Position numbers and translations under genes: made by a program. 64,000 nucleotides of DNA from a virus (lineage: Duplodnaviria; Caudoviricetes): positions 30,209-94,208 of IMG/VR virus record IMGVR_UViG_3300042270_000651; one strand, written 5' to 3'. The notes under the pieces were generated by a model. It did not search any database, was not told where the DNA came from, and saw only the letters and a program-made list of their open reading frames with translations. Positions 7,751 to 16,586 of this stretch are shown here, piece by piece. Each line of letters starts with the position of its first letter. The first letter of the stretch is position 1.

Positions 7751-8965
7751 TTATTTGGCCTTCACCTCCTTGATCAGGTCGATAACGCCCTTTTTTACGG
7801 CAGCGTGCGAGACTTCGCGCCCGCCGTCTTGGCCCTCGACCGATTTCGTATTGAAGACGAGCTTCAGCTTCACCTCAAATGCATCTGCGGGCAACTCGTC
7901 CGGCTCAAAGCCGAAGCCAGCCGCGACGAACTTGGCGAACTCGGAGACCTGGTCGAGGGTCGACAGGCCGTTGAAGATCACCACGTCGTCGATGCGCCCG
8001 TCCCGGTACAGCTCGGCCGGGATGGCATTGCGGTTGTTGCAGGTCATCACGCACAGCACCCGCGACCGGCGCTCGGCCAGCCACCACAGCAGCTGCGACA
8101 GCATGGTCGTGGTCGTGCCGCTGTCGCCGCTGCCCGTCCCCTTCGAGAAAATCTTCTCGATCTCGTCGAACAGGGCGACGCAAGGCTCCTCGTGATCGAG
8201 CTGGGACAGCGCGGCGGTCATGTTCTGCTCGGACTCGCCCACGTACTTGTTGCGCATCCCACCGATGTCGACGCGGTAGAGCGGGATACCCCACTGCTGG
8301 GCGATCCACTTGGCGCCCTCGGTCTTGCCGGTGCCGGGGATGCCGCCGAACATCAGGCCGCGCGGGACCAGCCGCAGGTCCTCCTCGTGCAGGAAGAACG
8401 GGCCTTCCCGCTCGACCCACTCCAGGAGCCCCTGGGGCGGCGCGTAGTGCGTCTGGGACGTGTCCACCAGCGTGATGCCCCGCGAGCCCCGGAACGCCGT
8501 CTTGCGGCTCACCATGAGCCCTTCGGGGGTCAGGGACTTGTCCCGTGCCATGGTCAGGCGGATGAACTCCACCGAGTCCTTCATGGTGCAGCCACCCAGC
8601 GTGGGCAACAGCTTGTCCACCGTGGCCTCGTCGTCGAAGACCTCCATCAGCTGGGACTTCAGCAGGTCCTTGGGCACGGGCATCTCGCCGGCCGGGAACA
8701 GCATGTCGCTGGCGATGGGCGAGTTGGCCACCACGATGCTGCTCTCGGCCTTCACCATCAGGTCGTAGAGCTTGTCGTAGCGCAGCGGCTGCTTGCCGTC
8801 GGCGATGTAGTAGTACAGCTCGTTTGGCGCGGCATTGGTATTGCTGCCCGACCACCTGCGAGGCTTCTTGCCGGTAACGTGGTGCAAGATCAGCGGCATA
8901 TTCAGGGGGTCGGACGTGGTCACCCCGATGAGCGGGATGCCCGCCTTCACGGCGAGTTTCAGCAT
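7751..8965 (-). CDS. AAA+ ATPase
   Basis: GIPGTGKT, NKYVGESE, LFDEIEK, AELYRDGRID; start revised to ATG 8965. Confidence 0.9.
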   Translation of the reverse strand: MLKLAVKAGIPLIGVTTSDPLNMPLILHHVTGKKPRRWSGSNTNAAPNELYYYIADGKQPLRYDKLYDLMVKAESSIVVANSPIASDMLFPAGEMPVPKDLLKSQLMEVFDDEATVDKLLPTLGGCTMKDSVEFIRLTMARDKSLTPEGLMVSRKTAFRGSRGITLVDTSQTHYAPPQGLLEWVEREGPFFLHEEDLRLVPRGLMFGGIPGTGKTEGAKWIAQQWGIPLYRVDIGGMRNKYVGESEQNMTAALSQLDHEEPCVALFDEIEKIFSKGTGSGDSGTTTTMLSQLLWWLAERRSRVLCVMTCNNRNAIPAELYRDGRIDDVVIFNGLSTLDQVSEFAKFVAAGFGFEPDELPADAFEVKLKLVFNTKSVEGQDGGREVSHAAVKKGVIDLIKEVKAK

Positions 8966-9020
8966 CGCGTGTCTCCTTCGATGTGAAATTGATTGCAGGT
9001 GGGGGCAGAAGCCCCCCGCC

Positions 9021-9317
9021 TCACAGGCCCAGCTGAACCCTGCGGGCTTTCCGGGCAGCCTCAAGAGCCCGCTTCTCGGTCGGATAGCCCTGGGTGTCGA
9101 TGCGCTCCCGCTTCCACTGCTGGATGCCATCCGGGGTGGTGCCGATCAGGACCGACTTGTCAGCCAGGACGTAGAACTTACTGTCACGGCCCCGGACGAT
9201 CATGCCGAAGTCGCACGCGGCAACTCCGCCCCCGGCGGGCGGGGTGCGGTCGGTCAAACGCAGATAGCGGACGGTGCCGTTGAACACGGGCTTGGCGGTG
9301 AGGTTCAGATTGGCCAT
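9021..9317 (-). CDS. Hypothetical protein
   Basis: MANLNLTAKP...; AAGGAG SD; promoter upstream. Confidence 0.65.
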   Translation of the reverse strand: MANLNLTAKPVFNGTVRYLRLTDRTPPAGGGVAACDFGMIVRGRDSKFYVLADKSVLIGTTPDGIQQWKRERIDTQGYPTEKRALEAARKARRVQLGL

Positions 9318-9359
9318 CGGTGCCCTCCTTGGCTTTGATGGGGTTGGTTGACTCCGGTC

Positions 9360-9387
9360 AGTCTGACAGGGGAGCGATGGCAGGCAA
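9360..9387 (-). promoter_or_regulatory. Sigma70-like promoter (TTGCCT family)
   Basis: TTGCCT-N16-CAGACT; shares TGTCAGACTGA with the 4108 promoter. Confidence 0.45.
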
Positions 9388-9448
9388 GAAGAAAGCGACA
9401 GGCTGGACTCCTGCCGCTTCCACCCGGTCTGTGCAATTGCTTGCAGGC

Positions 9449-9679
9449 TTACTGGCAGGCCGCCAGTTGGTCCTTGACCACCGCCATGTCGGAGAACCAC
9501 TCGGACAGGCTCTGACACTGCGGGCCCCACTTGCCGTCAGGGGTGACGCAGACCTGGCGGACCTCCTCCTTGGCCTGGTCCGACATGGGCACCCAGGCCG
9601 GGCACACGCCGGGCGGGGCGCTACTACAGGCGGTCAAGAACGTCGTCAGGGCTACTAGGGCGATTGCGGATCGCATCAC
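9449..9679 (-). CDS. o-spanin (Rz1-like lipoprotein)
   Basis: Lipobox FLTAC; Pro/Cys-rich; overlaps the i-spanin. Confidence 0.7.
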   Translation of the reverse strand: MMRSAIALVALTTFLTACSSAPPGVCPAWVPMSDQAKEEVRQVCVTPDGKWGPQCQSLSEWFSDMAVVKDQLAACQ

Positions 9680-9821
9680 GCTGCTCCTTCAGCACTTTGG
9701 CTTTTCGTTCGGCTTCGTCCCGCTTCGCGGTGCCGCGCCCCAGGAGGTACAGGACCACGAAGGGAACGAGGGCGGCGAGACCCTTCACCACGCCGCCCAG
9801 CGCCCCCAGGGCTTCCAGCAT
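9624..9821 (-). CDS. i-spanin (Rz-like)
   Basis: N-terminal TM helix then a charged helix; in the lysis cassette. Confidence 0.6.
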   Translation of the reverse strand: MLEALGALGGVVKGLAALVPFVVLYLLGRGTAKRDEAERKAKVLKEQRDAIRNRPSSPDDVLDRL

Positions 9822-10183
9822 CAGGTCTCGACCTCGGACAGACCCATGCGGGCCTCAATCATGCGCTCCAGCTTGGCACGGCCCTCCGGAGTGCGCGGGT
9901 CCACCTTGAAATGCTTCAAGGCGCCCGGAACACTGTCAGCCACGTAATCGGCGACCTTGGCGACGAACTCGCTCTCCAGTTCGAAACTGATCTGCCCGTC
10001 CGGGCCGGTCATGCGCTTGGTGGCGTAGCCGACGCCCTTCTCGATCATGCTCTCCAGGGCCATCCGCTGCTTGTCGTCGATGTCGAGGCCCAGGCTCGAC
10101 GCCACACGCTTGATGCCCCAGCCGGCCAATAGGACCACCAGCGAAACGGCGATCTCCAAAAGCGGGGTGAAATCGACCTCCAT
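9821..10183 (-). CDS. Putative holin / membrane protein
   Basis: N-terminal TM helix; directly after the endolysin. Confidence 0.5.
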   Translation of the reverse strand: MEVDFTPLLEIAVSLVVLLAGWGIKRVASSLGLDIDDKQRMALESMIEKGVGYATKRMTGPDGQISFELESEFVAKVADYVADSVPGALKHFKVDPRTPEGRAKLERMIEARMGLSEVET

Positions 10184-10202
10184 GTCATCCTCCTTGGTTG
10201 AG

Positions 10203-10754
10203 TCAGGCGTAGGCTCGATTGAGCCAGCCGTCGATGAAGCTCTCGAACTTGGGGCGGGCGATCACCAGTCCTCGGTAATACCCCGCCGCCTCAGACCGGA
10301 AGCCGGTCATCAGGGCCTCCTCGTCGGCGTTGCGCACGGTCTTGAGCGTGATCGGGCCGATGTAACCGTCGTCGGCGATGCGGAAGCCGCAGGCCCGGCA
10401 GGCGCGCTGCAGCAGGCGGTGGGAGCGACGGTTCCCCATGTTGACGGTCAGGTCGAACACCTTGGTGGCCAGAGCCTGGTCCTCGATCTGGTCGTAGCCG
10501 TTCCGGTCCCAGAAGTGGATGCGGTAGAACTCTTCGGCCTGGTCCAGCGTCATCATCTGAATGTCGTGGACGTCCACGTCGCCGTCCTTGTCAAGATCGC
10601 CGTCCAGCCAACCGTCCCCGTCCCAGTCACCGACCCCCTTCAGGAACCGCAGCGAGATGCCGAAGTTGGTCGCGCCGCCGGGGTCGTTGGGGTGATTGAC
10701 GAACCCGCCCTCGTGCTTCAGCACCTTGAGGATCGCCTGCTCGAATTGCGCCAT
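10203..10754 (-). CDS. Endolysin, glycoside hydrolase family 108 with peptidoglycan-binding domain
   Basis: HEGGFVNHPNDPGGATNFGI; DGYIGPIT; GWLNR. Confidence 0.92.
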   Translation of the reverse strand: MAQFEQAILKVLKHEGGFVNHPNDPGGATNFGISLRFLKGVGDWDGDGWLDGDLDKDGDVDVHDIQMMTLDQAEEFYRIHFWDRNGYDQIEDQALATKVFDLTVNMGNRRSHRLLQRACRACGFRIADDGYIGPITLKTVRNADEEALMTGFRSEAAGYYRGLVIARPKFESFIDGWLNRAYA

Positions 10755-10755
10755 G

Positions 10756-11199
10756 TCAGCCTCCTACTTTCATGCGCCAGATGTAGCCGACCATGCCGAC
10801 GCAGACGGTGGCGAGGATCGACAACCCCCAACGCATCCATGTGTCGGCCTTCCGGCGTTGTTCCTGCAGGCGACTCTCTTCCGCCCGTCGGTGTTCCTGG
10901 AACTTGTCGTCTAGGAGCTTTCGTTGCTGGTCAATAGAGCCGGCCAGGGTCTTTTGGACGTCAGAGAAGCCGGTTCGCATTTCCACCCGACTCTCCTTGA
11001 GGTCGGCTCCTTGTTCAGCGACCTTGCCCTCCAGGTTCTTGTACTGAAGTGTCATCACCCGTTCGGCCTCCGCTGCGCGGGCCAAGGCTTCGGAAGCCTT
11101 GGCGGTCGCCTCATCAGCTCGCTGCAGGGCGACGGTGTCGACTGTGAATTGCGCGGCCATTTCGGCAGCACGCCTTTCCACGTCGTTCGTCTGCGCCAT
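10756..11199 (-). CDS. Coiled-coil protein with C-terminal TM (holin/XhlA-like)
   Basis: Start ATG 11199 with GGAGG SD; C-terminal WGLSILATVCVGMVGYIW; precedes the endolysin. Confidence 0.55.
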   Translation of the reverse strand: MAQTNDVERRAAEMAAQFTVDTVALQRADEATAKASEALARAAEAERVMTLQYKNLEGKVAEQGADLKESRVEMRTGFSDVQKTLAGSIDQQRKLLDDKFQEHRRAEESRLQEQRRKADTWMRWGLSILATVCVGMVGYIWRMKVGG

Positions 11200-11368
11200 C
11201 GTCAACCTCCTGTCGGCGTTGCGTCCGAGGCTCCTGCCTCTCTGTAAGAGGCGACCCCAGGGTGGGATCAGGCGCCTCCCTCCAGCGCCGTCGGACATGG
11301 TTCAAATTAGCAGTCCACTGTCGGCCCTCCCAGCGCGTCCGGGCCTGGCGGTTCAAGACTGGCCCAAC

Positions 11369-11398
11369 GAAAAGGGGCGCCCACTCGGAGCGCCCCTC
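11369..11398 (-). terminator. Rho-independent terminator at the end of the tail operon
   Basis: AGGGGCGCTC-CGAGT-GGGCGCCCCT-TTT. Confidence 0.7.
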
Positions 11399-11418
11399 TG
11401 CAATTGATTTCAGGCGCC

Positions 11419-11754
11419 TCAGTACCGCTCGGCCACCGCCACCCGCAACCCACGGCCGTCGTTCGGGTAGATGTGCAACTGGTCATCGGCGTCCTTGAAC
11501 TCGACCTGCACCGCGTACTCGCCCACCTCCGGGAACACCCCGAAGAGGTCCACCCGGCCGTTGGGCATGTCGACTGGGTCCGCCGTCAGCGTGACCGTCA
11601 CGCCGCCGCGCACGTCGATGCGACGGGCCTTGGCGGTGAACGAGTTGCAGTTGGTCAGGTCCACCGGGGCGGTGCCCGTGGTGCTGTCCAGGTTGGTCAG
11701 CTGCACGGAAATCGGGGCCGTGCTCCCCATCACCTTGTTGTGGCGTGCTCGCAT
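11419..11754 (-). CDS. Putative virion structural protein
   Basis: 111 aa, beta-rich, coupled to the upstream gene. Confidence 0.55.
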   Translation of the reverse strand: MRARHNKVMGSTAPISVQLTNLDSTTGTAPVDLTNCNSFTAKARRIDVRGGVTVTLTADPVDMPNGRVDLFGVFPEVGEYAVQVEFKDADDQLHIYPNDGRGLRVAVAERY

Positions 11755-13190
11755 CAGATCACCCTCGCTCCGACGGTTCCAGCAATTGCTCTCACGGCGA
11801 CCTGCTTGTCCTCCAGGCCCGGCCCAGGCTTGAAGCCCAGCACCTTCATGCGGCCCTTGGAGGACAGGCTGGCCTTGCCCTTGAAGATGACCACCACGTC
11901 CAGGCCGCCTTCACCAGCCGTGCCCTGCCCGCCTTCGGCGTTGAGCGAGGCTCGGCCCCGGAACAGCACGCTCGGATCGGGGGTCACCGTGGCGCGGTCG
12001 TCGACGAGGTGGATTTCCTCGACCGGGAACGCCTTCGTGGTGGACGTGACCTCCAGCTGCGCCGCGCCGCCCGCGATGATGCGGCTGAAGTGCCCCAGGG
12101 TCGCCACGCCATGCAGGGGCGTCTCGCCCAGGCGCAGGCGATCACCGACGACCAGCTCGGAGCCGGTGGAGGCCATCGACACGCTTGTGCGGTACAGCAC
12201 CTCCGCGCGCACCGTCATGGAGCTGGTCGCGTCCAGGCGGGCCGGCAGGGAGGTCAGCAGCTCCGTCTCCGACGTGCCCGCGAGCGTCACCGCGCCGCCG
12301 GCCGTCAGCTTGCCCGACACGTCCATCTGGCCGGTGGTGTCGAAGGCCGCCGTGCTGTCCAGGTTCCGCTTGGCCGTTGCCCCCAGCGTGACGTCGCCGG
12401 ACACGGCCAGGTCGCCGTAGCGGTAGCGCAGGCCGTCGGCGGCGACCGACAGCTGCCCGTCGAACCAGGCGTTGGCCAGGCGGTCGCGGTGGCCGTCGAT
12501 CTGCACGGTCGCCACGCCGTCGAGCGGCTGGGCGGTGTCCCGGCGGATGACGGTCGGGCGCAGCGTGGTGGTGGACGTGCCGTCCATGAACACCTGATTG
12601 CCCGCCACGCAGGTGATCCCGGCCTCGCCCGCCAGGGTCGCCGACCCCAGGAACATTTTGACCGGGTGGGCATCCAGCTGGGCGGTGCCAGTGAGCGTGG
12701 CCCGGCCCACGTACAGGCCGTAGGACAGCACCATTTCGGAGCCGCTGCCGTCCAGCGTGGCAGAGAACGGCTTGATGACGCCGCCCAGCGTGGTGAGCGA
12801 GGCCCCACCGCCGAGGGCCGCCACCGACCGCTGGACGCGAATGGGTGCTGCCGGGAGTGCCGCGTCACCCTGGAGAGCGACACTGGCCGAGGATACCTTC
12901 CACGGCTCCAGGGTGGTCTCGGAGGAGACGTCGAGGGATGCGGCACCCCCGGCAACCTCGTAGACACCGCGCGCACTCACCGACGCGGACCCGGCCAGCG
13001 TGGCCTTGCCCGAGGCGATGGCGTGGCTGCCGCCGGTCATGGCGGCTGCTGCGGTGCCATCCAGGGACGCCACGCCCCAGGAGACCACGCTTGCAACGAC
13101 CGCGACCGACGCTGAAGCCTTCAGGGTCGCTCCGAACTTCTCGCCGACGGACGTGAAGGTCGTTGACAGGAACGGACTACCAGTGAACAT
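11754..13190 (-). CDS. Putative fibre/structural protein with Ala/Gly/Thr-rich repeats
   Basis: 478 aa; recurring (A/G)TL(A/D/T)G motifs. Confidence 0.6.
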   Translation of the reverse strand: MFTGSPFLSTTFTSVGEKFGATLKASASVAVVASVVSWGVASLDGTAAAAMTGGSHAIASGKATLAGSASVSARGVYEVAGGAASLDVSSETTLEPWKVSSASVALQGDAALPAAPIRVQRSVAALGGGASLTTLGGVIKPFSATLDGSGSEMVLSYGLYVGRATLTGTAQLDAHPVKMFLGSATLAGEAGITCVAGNQVFMDGTSTTTLRPTVIRRDTAQPLDGVATVQIDGHRDRLANAWFDGQLSVAADGLRYRYGDLAVSGDVTLGATAKRNLDSTAAFDTTGQMDVSGKLTAGGAVTLAGTSETELLTSLPARLDATSSMTVRAEVLYRTSVSMASTGSELVVGDRLRLGETPLHGVATLGHFSRIIAGGAAQLEVTSTTKAFPVEEIHLVDDRATVTPDPSVLFRGRASLNAEGGQGTAGEGGLDVVVIFKGKASLSSKGRMKVLGFKPGPGLEDKQVAVRAIAGTVGARVI

Positions 13191-13214
13191 GGCGCTTTAC
13201 CCCTGCAATTGATT

Positions 13215-14897
13215 TCACTGTGCCTTGTCGGCGCGGGCCAGCTTCCCGATCTCGGGGAACCAGCACCAGTTGAGGTCGCTCTTGCGGAGGGTCTTCAGGA
13301 CGTCGTCGACGGTCTCGACCAGCGGCTCGCCGCCCAGGTTGAAGGACGTGTTCATCACGATGGGCACGCTGGTCTTCTTCTCGAAGGCAGCGATCACGTC
13401 GTAGTAGTGCGGGTTCTGCTCGCGCGTCAGCGTCTGCACGCGGCAGGTGCCGTCCACATGCGTGATAGCGGGGATGGCCGCGCGCCGACCCTCGTGCACG
13501 TCCACGGCCATCATCATGTACGGGCTCTCCTCCATGCCCGCCAGCTCGAACCACTCGTCCGCCTTCTCGGCCAGGACGGTGCCGGCGAACGGGCGGAACC
13601 ACTCCCGCTTCTTCACCGCGTTCACCCGGTCCTTGCCGTCGTCGGGGCGCGGGTCCGACAGGATGGAACGGTTGCCCAGCGCACGCGGCCCCGCTTCCGA
13701 CCGGCCCTGGAAGATGGTCACCAGCTCGCCGTCGGCGATCATCTGCGCGATGCCTTCGGCGTTGGCGTCCACCACCTTGTCGAAGCCCGACAGGTCGTAG
13801 GTTTCGGGGTCCTGCTCGGGGCCCAGGTACAGGCTGGTCAGCTTGCCGCCGGGCAGGCAGCCCCGGCAGCGGGCGGCGTGCAGGTTGGCCCAGGCCATGT
13901 AGGCCGCGCCCATGGCGGTGCCGCCGTCGTAGGCCAGCGGCTCGAACCACAGGTCCAGGTCCGGGAACCGCTTGGCGAACTCGTAGTTGGCCACGCAGTT
14001 CAGGCCGTAGCCGCCAGCGATCACCACCTGCTTCTTGCCGGTCATCTCGACCGCCTTCTCGATCAGCCGCATCACGGCCGCCTCGGTGACGGACTGGATG
14101 CGCGAGGCGACCTCCTTGCAGTGGTCCTCGTTGTTCGGGTCCAGCCCCTCGACGTCGAGGAAGGCGCCGGCCGGGTATGCGTTGCGGAACACGTCGCGGC
14201 TGAACCGCCCGTCCCGGTACATGCCCGACAGCTGGGACACCTTGCACAGCGCCGCGCCGTAGGGCGCCAGCCCCATGGTCTTACCCGCCTCGATGAAGTG
14301 CCACCCGCAGAACGCCGTGGCCGCCTCGTAGGCTTTCACGATGCCGACGCGGTCCTCGACGACCACGTTTTCTTCCCCGGCGGGGCCTTCCAGCCGGTTG
14401 GTGCCCAGCCGCTGCCAGGTGACCTTCATGTCGTTCAAGGACGCGCAGTCAATGATGGACTCGGTCTCGAACGCCACGGAGCCATCCGACAGCTGGTGCG
14501 CCGCGCCGGAGCCATCCACGATCACCGCCACGGCCTGATCGAAGCCGGAGTGCCGGTAGGCGCAGGCGGCGTGGGTGAGGTGGTGCATGGACGCCAGCGA
14601 GACGACCTGGAACTCCCACTCGGGGCGCAGCTTGCGGACCAGGGCCTCGAACACGCCGTCGCCGCGCCAGGGCAGCGAGCCGCTCTCCCCGCCGTGGGTG
14701 CCGACGACCGCGAGGACGTCCAGGTGGTCGACCGTGTCGATGGCCTGCATCAACGCGGCCATGGGCGCTCCGTCGCGCTTCACGCGGGACAGGCGCTCCT
14801 CCTCGACGTACAGCGTCAGCTCCCCGTCAACGACGACGGCGACGGAGCTGTTGTGGCCGGGGTTGATGCCGATGGTGACGATGCTCTTGTCTTCCAC
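13215..14897 (-). CDS. Carbamoyltransferase (NodU/CmcH/TobZ family)
   Basis: GHNSS, EEERLSRVK, HHLTHAACAY, IVDGSG, GKTMGLAPYG, GPRALGNRSIL, KKREWFRPFA, HVDGTCRVQT, NTSFNLGGEP; GTG start 14897. Confidence 0.93.
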   Translation of the reverse strand: MEDKSIVTIGINPGHNSSVAVVVDGELTLYVEEERLSRVKRDGAPMAALMQAIDTVDHLDVLAVVGTHGGESGSLPWRGDGVFEALVRKLRPEWEFQVVSLASMHHLTHAACAYRHSGFDQAVAVIVDGSGAAHQLSDGSVAFETESIIDCASLNDMKVTWQRLGTNRLEGPAGEENVVVEDRVGIVKAYEAATAFCGWHFIEAGKTMGLAPYGAALCKVSQLSGMYRDGRFSRDVFRNAYPAGAFLDVEGLDPNNEDHCKEVASRIQSVTEAAVMRLIEKAVEMTGKKQVVIAGGYGLNCVANYEFAKRFPDLDLWFEPLAYDGGTAMGAAYMAWANLHAARCRGCLPGGKLTSLYLGPEQDPETYDLSGFDKVVDANAEGIAQMIADGELVTIFQGRSEAGPRALGNRSILSDPRPDDGKDRVNAVKKREWFRPFAGTVLAEKADEWFELAGMEESPYMMMAVDVHEGRRAAIPAITHVDGTCRVQTLTREQNPHYYDVIAAFEKKTSVPIVMNTSFNLGGEPLVETVDDVLKTLRKSDLNWCWFPEIGKLARADKAQ

Positions 14898-14908
14898 GTC
14901 GGCCTCCC

Positions 14909-15934
14909 TCAACCGTGCGTCGGGCAGCAAGACTGCTGCGGCTGCTGCAGGGCCTGCATCTGGTCGGGCGACGGCGCCTTGCCCTTGGGCTGGTTGGCGC
15001 GCTTCGCAATGTCCTTCTTGATCTTGGACACCAGCCCGTCGACCTCGTTGGGCGTGAAGGCCATCGTCTTGTCGTTGATGCGGTCAGCCTCCTCGCAGCC
15101 CATCATGCAGATGCGGATGGGGGAGTACACCTTGGGCACACCCTCGCGCTCCAGCACCTGGAAGTGCTTCGGGTAGGTGATGTTCTCCTTGAACGTCGAG
15201 CCAAGGATCACCGTGCCGGGCACGCCGAACGAGTAGGCGAAGTGCTGGGCGGCGCTGTCGCAGCCGATGAAGTAATCCGCGGCCTCGATGACGGCCATCC
15301 ACTGGCGGATGTTCAGGCCGGTGGGGGCCACCACGCCGTCGGGCTGCTGGAACTGGTGCTCGCCCATGTAGATGACGGTGTTGTCCTTGGCGAGCGCCTT
15401 CACCATGCGCTGGTAGACGTCGATCTCCAGCGACCGCGAGGACGGGTCCACCACCAGGCCGTGCTGGTTCTGCGAGGACCGGCCGAACGGGTTGACCACG
15501 ATCACGCGGTCCTTCTGGCAGTAGCCCCGCGCCTGCTGCAGCACCACCTGGGCCGCCGCCTCCTCGGCCTTGGACAGGTGCAGGTTCAGCTTGGGCTCCA
15601 CCGGCCCGGCGCTGCCGCACAGCAACTGGCGGAACGCCTGGGGCAGGTTGTGCTTCTGGTTCATGTAGCCCAGCTCGCGGTACGGCTCCGGCGACAGAGT
15701 TTCGCGGTGCCGGATTTCGCGCTCGAACAGCCCCTTCGTGTCGGGGTGGAACGCGATGGCCTGAAGCTCGGGGTGCCCCAGGAAGACCTCCATGCCGCTC
15801 TCGCAGACGATGATGAGGTCGGTCGTCTTGTGCAGCTCCTCCAGAGCCGGAATGGCGCAGACCACGCGCCCGATGCCGCCATTGACGAACACCGCCACCT
15901 TGCGGCGGCTGATCTCGGTCGAAGTGCCAGTCAT
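14909..15934 (-). CDS. Glycosyltransferase, GT9 (heptosyltransferase)-like
   Basis: GGIGRVVCAIPAL; FIGCDSAAQHFAYSFGVPGTVILG. Confidence 0.8.
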   Translation of the reverse strand: MTGTSTEISRRKVAVFVNGGIGRVVCAIPALEELHKTTDLIIVCESGMEVFLGHPELQAIAFHPDTKGLFEREIRHRETLSPEPYRELGYMNQKHNLPQAFRQLLCGSAGPVEPKLNLHLSKAEEAAAQVVLQQARGYCQKDRVIVVNPFGRSSQNQHGLVVDPSSRSLEIDVYQRMVKALAKDNTVIYMGEHQFQQPDGVVAPTGLNIRQWMAVIEAADYFIGCDSAAQHFAYSFGVPGTVILGSTFKENITYPKHFQVLEREGVPKVYSPIRICMMGCEEADRINDKTMAFTPNEVDGLVSKIKKDIAKRANQPKGKAPSPDQMQALQQPQQSCCPTHG

Positions 15935-15959
15935 GTGTCGCTCCTTCAGCTGGCTCCTC

Positions 15960-15991
15960 AAAGGAAATGGGGGGCCCTTCGACCCCCCACC
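15960..15991 (-). terminator. Hairpin / possible terminator
   Basis: TGGGGGGTC-GAAG-GGCCCCCCA-TTTCCTTT. Confidence 0.4.
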
Positions 15992-16047
15992 CACTTTACA
16001 CGTCTGGTGCCCTGGGACACCTGCAACTGATTGCAGCGGTGCGATCC

Positions 16048-16266
16048 TTACACCGACGGCTCGCCGATCACCGTCACCCACTGCTTGGTCGTCTCAAGGA
16101 CATGGGCCAAGTCCCCGGTCAGGGCGGTCTCGGCGTACTCGTCCATTTCCAGGCGGGTGACGCCGGCCGCGCGCAGGGCCGCACGGACTCGACCGACAAT
16201 GTCGCGGCGTTCGTCGCAGCCGATCAGGTCCACCTCAACGGCGGGGTACTTCACAGTCTCAGCCAT
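16048..16266 (-). CDS. Hypothetical protein
   Basis: 72 aa ORF with SD. Confidence 0.65.
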   Translation of the reverse strand: MAETVKYPAVEVDLIGCDERRDIVGRVRAALRAAGVTRLEMDEYAETALTGDLAHVLETTKQWVTVIGEPSV

Positions 16267-16280
16267 GGTCTCTTCCTCCG

Positions 16281-16586
16281 TTACGGCTGGGTTTCTTCAG
16301 CATCGGGTTCCGGCTCGGGGTCCGGGGGCATCGGGTGATAGACCCCTTCATACTCGTCCCAAACCCAATGCTCGTTCGGCGGCAGGTACGTGTTGCTCAC
16401 CACGTCGTAGATGAAGCCGTCCCGGACCCACGGCGGGCACTCGAACCACTCGATGCTCGGGTGAAAGCGCCCTTCCGGGTCAGCGTGACGAACCTCGGCC
16501 ACGACGACGTCACCAACCTCGTCCTGCTCGTTGTGCCGGCAAAACATGCTGCCGGGCAGGGGGGTAGCAAGGCGATACACGGTCAT
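16281..16586 (-). CDS. Tail-fibre-associated/assembly protein
   Basis: ADPEGRFHPSIEWFECP motif; TGATG-coupled to the Cys/Gly-rich gene. Confidence 0.55.
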   Translation of the reverse strand: MTVYRLATPLPGSMFCRHNEQDEVGDVVVAEVRHADPEGRFHPSIEWFECPPWVRDGFIYDVVSNTYLPPNEHWVWDEYEGVYHPMPPDPEPEPDAEETQP

